From an uncultured Chlamydiae bacterium (GTDB lineage Bacteria > Chlamydiota > Chlamydiia > Chlamydiales > Parachlamydiaceae): a DNA stretch of 64,000 bases. Positions 38,581 through 47,758 of this stretch are shown one piece after another. The notes under the pieces are model-generated. The model worked only from the letters and a program-made list of their open reading frames with translations, was not told where the DNA came from and did no database searches. The stretch's first letter is position 1; every line of letters begins with the position of its first letter. Both the position numbers and the translations under genes were made by a program. The stretch lies in NCBI GenBank assembly GCA_963830365.1, contig CAWHMU010000045.1, positions 96,001 to 160,000 on the forward strand, in the 5' to 3' direction.

Positions 38581-38917
38581 AATTTCTAGCCCTTTCTTTT
38601 GCTATTTTAAAATCTTGCGTAGGAAGCTTTTGTGTCTTTTTGATAAACCCATGAAGTAAAACCATCGTTTTATTCATAACCATGAAAATAATCCTGATAA
38701 TCCCATTGGGAATACTACTCCTCAATTCATGAATCCCATCTCCAAGACTGCGAATCAACGGCATTCCCAAGGGCCAACGGAATTGCACCTTGCTAATGTC
38801 TTCGCCAATAATAACCTTGATAGGTTTATCCAAAGATTGGAGCCAAGTTCTAACGGGTTCATTTCCGTTAGACTCTCTGTAAAACTCTACGCGTAGAGTT
38901 GGTTTAGTCTTTTCCAT
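38555..38917 (-). CDS. RelE/ParE-family toxin (Gp49/HigB-like)
   Basis: FY...GNEPVR.WL, WPLGMPL.R.L..GI.ELR, VLLHGFIKKTQK. Confidence 0.88.
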   Translation of the reverse strand: MEKTKPTLRVEFYRESNGNEPVRTWLQSLDKPIKVIIGEDISKVQFRWPLGMPLIRSLGDGIHELRSSIPNGIIRIIFMVMNKTMVLLHGFIKKTQKLPTQDFKIAKERARNYEQQEKNK

Positions 38918-38970
38918 CGGTTTCCTTATACCTAATTGTACCTTTTCTAGTACATAAATGCAATTGGATC

Positions 38971-39816
38971 TCAAACGCCGCCCATCAAGTCGATGAACAT
39001 TTTGGCATTGCGGGGCAGGCCTCTGGTTTTTGAGAAGATGGCCAGAATACGGTAGGGGATGGTGGGGAGGGGGCAAGCATAAGGGACAAGTGCGCGCTTG
39101 CCGATGATGTAATCAGGCAGGAAGCCGATGCCAAGTCCCTGTTCGGTTAAGCTGGCAATGACTTCCCAGCTGGAAACTTCCAGGCAGCTTTGCATATCGA
39201 TGTCGTTGTTTTGAAGATGTTGTTTCAATAAGGAAACTTCTTTTCTCTCTTCACTGAGAATGAATTTATTTACGGCCGGTTGCGTCAGCTTCTTGGCTCT
39301 GTATAAGCGATATTCCCCCCGATAAATTTCCACGGCATGAAATGTTGAAAAGTCTTCATTGTCGAGCACGATGCCAAAATCGACCTCCCCCTTTTTAACC
39401 AGCTCGACAATGGTGCCTGTGTGGCCGAGTCTTAGGACCGGTTCCACGGCTGTCCATGTTTGGGAAAGCCTACTCAAATAGGGCGGCAGCAGGGATAGCG
39501 CAAAGCTATGGCTGCAGGCAAAAGACAGCTTTCCCTTAAACACCCCGTCAGCCTCATTGAAGGCATCCTCGATATCGGCGAGCACGCTGAAAATCTCCTT
39601 GCATTTCTCCAGCAAAAGCAGGCCATCTCCGGTCAATTGCAGGCGATTCTTCGCATGCGTGATCAGCTGCTTGCCTAAAGTAATTTCCAATTTGCTGATA
39701 GCCTGGCTGATGGCCGATTGACTGACGAAATTTTCTTTGGCGGCTTTTGAGATGCTCTTGGACTGTCCCGCACTAAAAAAATAGCGCAGAAAAGTGATGT
39801 TTGGATCGAACTTCAT
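38971..39816 (-). CDS. LysR-family transcriptional regulator
   Basis: SISKAAKENFVSQSAISQAI.KLE..LG..L HTH; LT..G; GLGIGFLP. Confidence 0.92.
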   Translation of the reverse strand: MKFDPNITFLRYFFSAGQSKSISKAAKENFVSQSAISQAISKLEITLGKQLITHAKNRLQLTGDGLLLLEKCKEIFSVLADIEDAFNEADGVFKGKLSFACSHSFALSLLPPYLSRLSQTWTAVEPVLRLGHTGTIVELVKKGEVDFGIVLDNEDFSTFHAVEIYRGEYRLYRAKKLTQPAVNKFILSEERKEVSLLKQHLQNNDIDMQSCLEVSSWEVIASLTEQGLGIGFLPDYIIGKRALVPYACPLPTIPYRILAIFSKTRGLPRNAKMFIDLMGGV

Positions 39817-39828
39817 AAGGCCTCATGT

Positions 39829-39843
39829 ATAAGTAAATGTTAT
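39829..39843. promoter_or_regulatory. putative LysR-type binding box (T-N11-A)
   Basis: ATAA-gtaaatg-TTAT dyad between divergent lysR and NTT genes. Confidence 0.55.
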
Positions 39844-39936
39844 ATATAGTATCATTTATATTAATTTTTGCTAAATCTGATTTTGTCATAAAGTTTAGCT
39901 TTCTAATAGATCAGTTAGTTTACATAAGGAAGTTAC

Positions 39937-41535
39937 ATGTCGCAAACGCTAACGCAAGAGTTTACGGGCTGGCGCAAGCTGCTCTGGCCAATCCATAATT
40001 ATGAAGTCAAAAAGTTCCTGCCCATGGGCATCATGATGTTCTGTATTCTATTTATCTACACCGTATTGCGCGATACCAAGGATGCTATTTTAATCAATGC
40101 GCCGGGGGCCGGTGCTGAAAGCCTGGCTTTTGCCAAAGGGATCGGCGTGACGGCGTCGGCCGTGGTCTTCATGATCCTGTATGCCAAGGCTGCCAATCTA
40201 TTCAACCGCGAAGGGCTGTTCTATGTGACGGCCTTGCCGTTTCTGGTCTTTTTTGGATTGTATCCCTATGCCGTCTATCCCTTTGTAGATAGTCTGCATA
40301 TGAGTTTGGAGACGATTAAACACTATCAAGCCACCTATCCAACTATCAAGTGGCTGATGCCATTGATCGGCAATTGGACCTATACGCTGTTTTATATTTT
40401 ATCTGAACTGTGGGGAAGTGCCGTGTTATCGCTGTTGTTCTGGCAATTTGCCAATGCCATCACACCGGTTAAAGAAGCGCGCAGATTCTACGGCATGTTT
40501 GGTTTCCTCGGTAACTTCGGCCTGCTATTATCAGGTCCGGCCATCATCCTGGTGTCAAACTCAATTCATAATCTGGGATTGAGCCGCGCCGAGTCTACGG
40601 GACTGATGCTGCAATATTTGATGGCCTTTGTGATTATAGCCGGCGTCATTCTCCTTTCCACTTTCTATTGGATGAACCGCTATGTACTGACGGATCGCCG
40701 CTATTATGATCCTGAAGCCATGGGGGAGACAAAAAAGAAAAAGGCTAAACTCTCATTGTCTGAAAGCTTTAAATACATCCTGCAATCGCCATACTTGGGA
40801 TTGATTGCCATGTTGGTGCTGGCTTATGGCGTGTCGATCAATCTGTTTGAATGCGTGTGGAAGGGGCAGATTAATATCGCCTACCCCACAGAAGTCGAAC
40901 ACAACTGCGTCATGGGGGGATGTTCAACCATCACCGGCGGCATCGCCGTTATCTTAATGCTGGTCGGCAGCAATTTATTGCGCTCTTTCAGCTGGCGCAG
41001 CTGCGCACTGATTACGCCGGTGGTGTTGATTGCCGGCACGCTGGTCTTTTTTGGCGTGATTTATTACAACAACAGCCTGCTGCCGGATGGCATGAAAATC
41101 AGCGAGGCCATCAAACAGGGGGTTATCAGCAAAGAACTCATCGTCTTTGCGGTTGGTCTTGGCCTGGTGGTGAACGCTTTTGGCAAGGCAGTGAAATATT
41201 CGCTCTTCGATCCTACTAAAGAAATGGCCTACATCCCTTTGGATCCCGAGCTTAAAGTGAAAGGCAAAGCCGCGGTCGATGTCATCGGCGGGCGCGGCGG
41301 CAAATCCGCCGGTTCCTATATCCAGATGGGACTGCTCACATTGTTTTCCGGTAGCGCGCTCTATCAGCTGGTGCCGATCATCGCCCCCATAGCCCTCGGC
41401 ATCGTCTGCTTGTGGATCTTGTCCGTTTTCGGCTTGAGCAAGCGCTTTAAAGCCCTAACCGACAAACAATCTGCTCCCACAGCCGCTAAACAGCCGGTTT
41501 ATGCATCTAAGCAGGTTGAGGTTGGTTTAGGCTGA
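39937..41535 (+). CDS. Npt/TLC-family nucleotide transport protein (ATP/ADP translocase family)
   Basis: LWPI...E.KKF, LRD.KD, FY..SELWGS...SLLFWQFAN.IT...EA.RFY, KYSLFD.TKEMAYIPLD, KGKAAVDV. Confidence 0.94.
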   Translation: MSQTLTQEFTGWRKLLWPIHNYEVKKFLPMGIMMFCILFIYTVLRDTKDAILINAPGAGAESLAFAKGIGVTASAVVFMILYAKAANLFNREGLFYVTALPFLVFFGLYPYAVYPFVDSLHMSLETIKHYQATYPTIKWLMPLIGNWTYTLFYILSELWGSAVLSLLFWQFANAITPVKEARRFYGMFGFLGNFGLLLSGPAIILVSNSIHNLGLSRAESTGLMLQYLMAFVIIAGVILLSTFYWMNRYVLTDRRYYDPEAMGETKKKKAKLSLSESFKYILQSPYLGLIAMLVLAYGVSINLFECVWKGQINIAYPTEVEHNCVMGGCSTITGGIAVILMLVGSNLLRSFSWRSCALITPVVLIAGTLVFFGVIYYNNSLLPDGMKISEAIKQGVISKELIVFAVGLGLVVNAFGKAVKYSLFDPTKEMAYIPLDPELKVKGKAAVDVIGGRGGKSAGSYIQMGLLTLFSGSALYQLVPIIAPIALGIVCLWILSVFGLSKRFKALTDKQSAPTAAKQPVYASKQVEVGLG

Positions 41536-41569
41536 AAAGCTTTGACTGCCGCCGTGGTAAGTATGCGTA

Positions 41570-41935
41570 ACTATGGAAATCTAGGTTTTTGATGGTACTA
41601 CGAGCAGAGATGAATGCCATCGAATGGCCGTTAGAAGACCGTCAGGGCTGAACAACTGAACTTTCTGGTGGTGTTAACGCAGTGGGATTGTCTTGGGTGC
41701 CAATATCCGCCTTGCAGATGCCGGCAGAGTGGACATTGTCTTCTTGAGCAGAAGTGACTCAGGCATCACGAAGATAACTGATGTGTTGTCTGGCGAAAAC
41801 TTGCTATCCCAAGTCAATTTCACATTTAACATTTCTGCCGGTGTCCAGATGTTGGACTTTTCAGCGGTTATCAAAAAGGAATGGCTATGATAAAAGATAA
41901 TTGAAGCAGTGACGAGTCTAAGAAAGTAATGCATA
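41570..41935 (-). pseudogene. degraded N-terminal remnant of an S9 peptidase/TolB-like beta-propeller gene
   Basis: signal-like N-terminus, WTP..ML......FSPD...V.FV, then after a frameshift QP*.SSNG..MAFIS.R. Confidence 0.45.
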
Positions 41936-42186
41936 ATATCCCCAATCAATTGTTAACCAAAGAAGTGTGGATGCGATGTTTGTTAACAGCAACAGGAATA
42001 AGGAAAGAGAGCTAGAGGGATTGGTGGTAGGTCTGGACATGCCGTTGATTTGAAGTGCGCTTTGCTTGTTAATCGGCTCAAGTGATCATCAATATGCGGT
42101 TGGGGTTTGGCATACATGACTTTTGACTTTTAATGGGTAAAATCTTAAAATTACAACTTAATCATTTAACATGAAGATGTTTAGCC

Positions 42187-42945
42187 ATGATACCAATACC
42201 AACTGAGGCCTCTAAATTATCCCTATTAACATCATCAACACCGACATTATCGACAGCATCACCGATAAGAAAAAGAAAAGGTTGCCACCCCACGACTCCC
42301 GCTAAATCTTCTTTCCAAGCCACTGTTATGAAAGCTCTAGCCAATATGTCTTCTTCCGGCGGTACCGAAAAAAGTGTTAAAAAAGCAAGAAGTATCACCT
42401 TTAATACCGCCTCTAATACCATCGCTGAAGAGTCGAAAGAAACTCATGGAACATCAACAAGAACCATGCCCCATGACGTTGGATATTTGATTGCCAGCTA
42501 TGCAGAAATATCGAGGCCAGACGAGTGTGGCCAGCTGGATGATGAGTCCGAGGAGAAGCTGGATGTTGGGCAACAAATTCAAATGGATATGCTGAGCTGG
42601 TTGCATGCCGAAAAGAAAAAAAAACTTCATCAGGTGGTTGATAATACAATAGAATATTTGGTAAGCAAGCTTGGAGATGAATCCGAAAATTATCTAAAAG
42701 AGATCAGTCTGATTGCAGCATTTAAGAAAGGTATTCCCAAACTCCCTATCTATTCTAAGTCTAGTTTGTATGGCTTGAGTAATTGCATTTGCCTTGAAAT
42801 AGTCAAAGCCTTGCAAGGAAACGATCTGTTAAACTTGCTCGATAGCAATAGGGAATTCATGAAAACCTTGAGTCCTTTCGATATCAATGGCGATGTTTAT
42901 GCCAATCAACAGGGAGATCCATTTTTATATCCATCGCAATCATAA
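42187..42945 (+). CDS. orphan protein, S/T-rich N-terminus (effector-like)
   Basis: 252-aa AT-rich ORF with low-complexity N-terminus. Confidence 0.6.
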   Translation: MIPIPTEASKLSLLTSSTPTLSTASPIRKRKGCHPTTPAKSSFQATVMKALANMSSSGGTEKSVKKARSITFNTASNTIAEESKETHGTSTRTMPHDVGYLIASYAEISRPDECGQLDDESEEKLDVGQQIQMDMLSWLHAEKKKKLHQVVDNTIEYLVSKLGDESENYLKEISLIAAFKKGIPKLPIYSKSSLYGLSNCICLEIVKALQGNDLLNLLDSNREFMKTLSPFDINGDVYANQQGDPFLYPSQS

Positions 42946-42946
42946 C

Positions 42947-43435
42947 GGTTCATCACACAAATGAATGGTTGGCTGCAATGACTTCTCAAAAAATCATGGC
43001 GTGATCAGACTTTTAGGATTGGGGTCTGGCTTGTGATTTGTGATTTGAAAGTTCTAACTGTATTAGAAAGCCCGACTCCTTTCAAATCGCAAATCGCAAG
43101 CCTGACCTCAAGCCGTTCAGCCAAGGCCTATACTATGCTTTTCAGGGTGGTGTTCATCTGTTCGATCAAAGTTATAAGAAATAACAACATGATCTTAGGA
43201 TGGACAGGATAAATCAACATCCTGTCCATCCTAAGATCATGTGAATATTTTTATACGAAAAATCATTATGCCATAAGGTTCACATAGCCCGATCGCACAT
43301 GTCATACTCCCATTTTAATTCCGGCCAAGGCAGAATGTTAGCGTCTACCTTGGACCGAAAATCCCCCTTGCCAGAGTGAGGATGGCTAGTTTTTGTGAAT
43401 TAATTTCTATTAACCACCTATTTGTGTGATGAGCC
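42947..43435. mobile_element. MITE family A, copy 2, carrying a nested MITE M (43146-about 43387)
   Basis: TIRs ggttcatcacacaaatgaatggtt / aaccacctatttgtgtgatgagcc; same internal hairpin as 6840-6935; insert homologous to 18740-18981; no clean target duplication. Confidence 0.82.
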
Positions 43436-43736
43436 AAAGATTTGAACTTTACCCCAAGAATTCACAATAATTTCAATTTAAATGTATTTATTGTCGCTTT
43501 TGCAACTATCTCTAGCGAGGCTAACCAGACCTTCTGTGGCAGAATGTCGATTTGTTTCAAAGCGAACCTTATAAATAGATTGTTACTTCTTTTTTTCTAC
43601 CAGCGATGACTAAGGCTTTTTGACGAATCCTCTCGGAGAGGTCCGCATTTGTGTGATGAATCACCTTTTTTTGCGGACGCCGAGGTTTCTGATTGCGGGA
43701 TAAATGGCGATTTCCCTATAATTTTGCCATCTTTAA

Positions 43737-43823
43737 GGAAGAGTGTCCGAGTGGCTTAAGGAGCACGCTTGGAAAGCGTGTGTACGTGAAAACGTACCGT
43801 GGGTTCGAATCCCACCTCTTCCA
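43737..43823 (+). tRNA. tRNA-Ser(GGA)
   Basis: GGAAGAG/CTCTTCC acceptor stem, CACGC-TTGGAAA-GCGTG anticodon arm, long variable arm, GGTTCGAATCC T-loop; CCA not encoded. Confidence 0.96.
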
Positions 43824-43858
43824 ATTGATACGCCTGCTGCCAAAGCAGCGCTGAAATT

Positions 43859-43887
43859 AGCTCACAATTTTTTGTGAGCTTTTTTTA
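43859..43887 (+). terminator. rho-independent terminator after tRNA-Ser
   Basis: agctcacaa-tttt-ttgtgagct followed by a T-run. Confidence 0.7.
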
Positions 43888-44007
43888 TGTCATCACATTT
43901 CAATTTTATTGGTTCATCCCACGTTGTTTTTAAGTAAGCGATTGACAAGCCAGTATGTAAAAAGTTATATAAAAACTTTAAGCACACAACTGCCTGGGGG
44001 GTTTTCG

Positions 44008-45282
44008 ATGCAACAGACTGTAAAATTGTGGTTCTTTTTTAGAGCCTTAATAAGTCCATCGCACCCTTATTTTATGTGGCTATGCCTCATGCTGGCAAGC
44101 TATGCCGGCCAGGGATTTGCCAACTTTGCTTATGTGACCAATAGCAGTGGGAACACCGTCTCGGTCATCGATACCACCAGCAATGCCGTCGTCGCCACAA
44201 TTTTAGTCGGCAACGCCCCTCAAGGAGCGGCCATTACACCCGATGGCAGCTTGGCCTATGTAACTAATTACAGCGACAACAGCATCTCCGTCATCGATAC
44301 TTCAAGCTATGCCGTCGTCACGACCATCGTCGCCGATTTTTCAGGTCCGCTCGGCATCGCCTTCACCCCTGACGGGCGCTATGCTTTTGTGGCTAATAAT
44401 GGCATGGATACGGTCTCTGTGCTCGATACCCAGACCAATACCATCACGGCTACAGTTACCGTGGATGTGTGGCCGGTTGGGATTGCGATCACTCCTGATG
44501 GCAGATATGTCTATGTGACGAATAATAACCCGAATAACGTCTCTGTCATCGATACCACAAACTATGCCGTGATAGCGACGGTGCTGGTGGGTAGCTCTCC
44601 CTTCGGGATCGCCATCACGCCCGGCGGAGGCTTTGCGTATGTAGCAAATCAAGGCGGCAACGAGGTTTCGGTAATTGACACCGGCAGCAATAGTGTCAGC
44701 GCGAGCGTGACGGTAGATTTCAATCCGCGCTATCTGGCGGTTACGCCGGATGGGCTATATGTGTATGTGGCCGATAGCAGCGCTGGGATGGTTTCTGTGA
44801 TCGCGACGGCGAGCAATACCGTCAGCACGACGGTGCCGGTGGGTAATAACCCCTTTGGTGTGGCCATTACGCCGGACGGATTTAGGGCCTATGTGAGTAA
44901 CTATGAAGACAATAGCGTCTCGGTCATTGATATCGCGACCAATACCGTCATTGCCACCATTCCAGTAGGCAGCGGGCCGCAATCTATTGCCATCACGCCT
45001 TCGCCGCCAACCCCTCCCCAATATCTTATCGGGAGGCAAGTGAACAACCGTTTCCTGACCCAGGCGGATTTGATCAATACGCTCACCTGGTCGGCCAGTG
45101 CGACCAAATCCGTAGTGAGTTACCAAATTTTTCGCGATGACATGCTCATCATGACCGTGTTAGCGACAGCCCCGTTAGTCTATCAGGACCACAACCGGCA
45201 AGCTAAACCTTATGTCTATAAGGTCATTGCCGTTGATGAGCACGGACTAAAAAGCGAGCCTGCGACAGTCACCATCTTATAA
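44008..45282 (+). CDS. YVTN/YncE-type beta-propeller repeat protein with C-terminal FN3-like domain
   Basis: seven AYV.N.....VSVID......V..TI.VG..P.GIAITPDG repeats; start uncertain. Confidence 0.9.
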   Translation: MQQTVKLWFFFRALISPSHPYFMWLCLMLASYAGQGFANFAYVTNSSGNTVSVIDTTSNAVVATILVGNAPQGAAITPDGSLAYVTNYSDNSISVIDTSSYAVVTTIVADFSGPLGIAFTPDGRYAFVANNGMDTVSVLDTQTNTITATVTVDVWPVGIAITPDGRYVYVTNNNPNNVSVIDTTNYAVIATVLVGSSPFGIAITPGGGFAYVANQGGNEVSVIDTGSNSVSASVTVDFNPRYLAVTPDGLYVYVADSSAGMVSVIATASNTVSTTVPVGNNPFGVAITPDGFRAYVSNYEDNSVSVIDIATNTVIATIPVGSGPQSIAITPSPPTPPQYLIGRQVNNRFLTQADLINTLTWSASATKSVVSYQIFRDDMLIMTVLATAPLVYQDHNRQAKPYVYKVIAVDEHGLKSEPATVTIL

Positions 45283-45295
45283 AACCAGAGAAATA

Positions 45296-45784
45296 ATGCC
45301 GTTATTTTTGAGCATGTATGTCTTTAGCGTCTTGGGGTTTTTAATCCACTGGTATTGCACTGTGCCACAAGACCGCACGCCTAAAAGGAAAGTTGAGCTG
45401 ATGCTGCTTTACCAGCTGATATTTAGCTTGGGGATGACGAGCCTGCTGGCTTTTATCGGCCTGACCTTTATGGCGGAATATGTGGCTGAATATAGCGGCT
45501 GGCCGGTATGTCCTTTCCAGCAGGAGCTGGGGAATGTAAATCTTTCCTTTGGCATCCTGGGGTTGATGTGTATCTGGTGGCGAGGGGGGTTTTGGACGGC
45601 CACGATTTTAGGTTTCTCCATCTGGATCCTGGCGGACGGCATCCACCATATCTTCGATATCATCGTCAATCACAACTATGCGCCGGGAAGTATCGGCGTG
45701 TCGCTGATCACCGATCTGGTGGTGCCGGTCATCCTGTTGATATTGCTAGGCATCTTTCATAAAGAGTGCAAAAAAGAGGCCTAG
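45296..45784 (+). CDS. membrane protein (DUF6790-like)
   Basis: four hydrophobic helices; GW...PFQ.ELG..NL..G; H......NYAPG. Confidence 0.65.
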   Translation: MPLFLSMYVFSVLGFLIHWYCTVPQDRTPKRKVELMLLYQLIFSLGMTSLLAFIGLTFMAEYVAEYSGWPVCPFQQELGNVNLSFGILGLMCIWWRGGFWTATILGFSIWILADGIHHIFDIIVNHNYAPGSIGVSLITDLVVPVILLILLGIFHKECKKEA

Positions 45785-46050
45785 TTCAAATATAAGGTTA
45801 CCCTTTCCCTAACATCCTCTCCGTGTTCTCTGTGCCGCTGTGTTTTATTTTTTGAAACACAGAGAAAACAGAGAACAAAGAGGCCTAGTTCAAATATAAG
45901 GTTACCCTTTCCCTCATATCCTCTCCGTGTTCTCTGTGCCGCTGTGTTTTATTTTTTGAAACACAGAGAAAACAGAGAACAAAGAGGCCTAGTTCAAATA
46001 TAAGGTTACCCTTTCCCTCATATCCTGTCCGTGTTCTCTGTGCCTCTGTG
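45773..46050. repeat. 104-bp tandem repeat (about 2.7 copies) containing a CTCTGTG/CACAGAG palindrome
   Basis: unit starts aaagaggcctagttcaaatataaggttacc at 45773, 45877 and 45981. Confidence 0.92.
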
Positions 46051-46384
46051 TTTTATTTTTTGAAACACAGCGGCACAGAGAACACAGAGAGGATATGAGA
46101 AGAAAAACTGTTACTCATTTTGGATTGTTTTTGAACCATGCCAAAAAGAACTTGCGGGCAAATCGAACGAAGGCTGAGATTTGGGCATGAACGCAAAAAC
46201 CTGCCAAATGTCTGCCTTCTCTTTATCATCTCTTAACAATATTTTGTTATAGTTAAAACAATAAATACGAAATCGGTTGGTTTAAATCCAACGTATCTCG
46301 GAATTTTGAATGATTTCTTAAATCGAATTTCGCTAGTTGTCTTTGAGATAGTTAATAAATAATGTGATTTACAAGGAGATATAG

Positions 46385-46909
46385 ATGACAATATCTAATC
46401 TAGTTAATATGCCTGTAAGGTTAGCCTCTGCTTGCTGGCAAACAGTGTGTCAAAATAAGAAAACGATAGCAAAAGTCACTGCTGGTGTGGCTGCAGTCGC
46501 TATTGCGGCTATTCTTTATAATCAAAAACAGAGTCTAGACTATATGCAGGATAGTTTAATAAAAGTTGCAGATTCTGCTAAAGGGATGGAAAACACTATT
46601 CAAGGTGGAGGGATGACAATAGGTCACTCGATTGGATATATTGGTCCTGATGTACGATGCATGCCTTTTTCTACACCTTATAAATTGGAAGTTGAATTAT
46701 CAAAGTCAACACCTGATATCACAGGTTTATTTGATCAAGTAAAAGCATTATACAATAATGCTACATCATATGGAACAGATCTGTTCAGTCGTTATGGGTT
46801 TCACGCCACACGCGATGCTGTTGTTCAAAATAGCGATAAAGTAAAGGCTACATTCCTAATTTGTCGCTCAAGCTTAAGTAATTTGGTTTCCTCTCCTTGG
46901 TGTGGATAA
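46385..46909 (+). CDS. orphan AT-rich protein with one N-terminal transmembrane helix
   Basis: 174-aa ORF, AGGAG RBS, hairpin at 46952-46986 downstream. Confidence 0.7.
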   Translation: MTISNLVNMPVRLASACWQTVCQNKKTIAKVTAGVAAVAIAAILYNQKQSLDYMQDSLIKVADSAKGMENTIQGGGMTIGHSIGYIGPDVRCMPFSTPYKLEVELSKSTPDITGLFDQVKALYNNATSYGTDLFSRYGFHATRDAVVQNSDKVKATFLICRSSLSNLVSSPWCG

Positions 46910-46983
46910 AATAACAAGCGAATATGCGTTGTAGTATATCCATTAACTGGAATGAGGGGTAATATTGGAATAATATTACCCCT

Positions 46984-47612
46984 CATATTTTCGATATCAT
47001 CTATCATCAAAACTATGCGCCGGGGAGTATTGGCGTGTCGCTGATCACCGATCTGGTGGTGCCGGTCATCTTATTGATATTGCAAGTCATCTTTCATAAA
47101 GAGTGCAACAAAGAGGCCTAGTTCAAATATAAGGTTACCCTTTCCCTCACATCCTCGGTTCATCCGGTTTTATAGGACCCGCCTAGAAAAGGATGCGTAG
47201 AAATGGGGAAATGTAGGTAACACATCGGAGCAAAAATAACAGGATATTAGGATGGACAGGATGAAAGATTTAAACTTTAGTTTGCCAACTTTGCGATTTA
47301 CATAAGTCTTGGGCGATCATCCTATTTTTCATATCCTGACCATCGTAATATCCTGTTATTTTTGCTTGCCCTTTTCTCTTTACAAGTCCTGCAAAACCGG
47401 AAGAACCACATCCTCTCTGTTTTCTCTGTGCCGCTGTGTTTTATTTTTTGAAACACAGAGGCACAGAGAACACGGAGAGGGTATGAGAAGAAAAACTGTT
47501 ACTCATTTTGGATTGTTTTTGAACCATGCCAAAAAGAACTTGCGGGCAAATCGTCCGAAGACTAAGATTTAGGCATGAACGCAAAAACATGCCGAACATC
47601 TGCCTTCTCTTT
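46984..47612. repeat. direct duplication DR3 copy b (3' end of the membrane-protein gene plus downstream intergenic DNA), interrupted by MITE D
   Basis: aligns to 45647-46224 once the tandem units and the MITE are removed. Confidence 0.9.
47157..47407. mobile_element. MITE family D (8-bp target duplication)
   Basis: TIRs ggttcatccggttttataggac / gtcctgcaaaaccggaagaacc; ACATCCTC on both sides; empty site visible in the 45.8-46.0 kb copies. Confidence 0.9.
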
Positions 47613-47758
47613 TTTCCGCTGCTGGTGGCCACACGGCCATACATTTTAACTCGTCTATACTATATCACCCTTTTTTAATTCCGATCCGCAAGCCTGTCCA
47701 TCATGAAAACTTATGGGTAGGTCGATAATTTTTTAGCCTTTGTCTAAGCAGGAGTCTT

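Noticed and set aside
43646..43662. Additional MITE A element
   Set aside because: Only a solo right TIR (catttgtgtgatgaatc) with no matching target duplication; treated as a remnant
43737..43823. tRNA-Ser as attachment site of an integrated island
   Set aside because: I found no duplicated tRNA 3' end and no integrase in the window
45773..46090. Possible CRISPR array
   Set aside because: Units are 104-bp near-identical tandem copies with no unique spacers, and no cas genes are nearby
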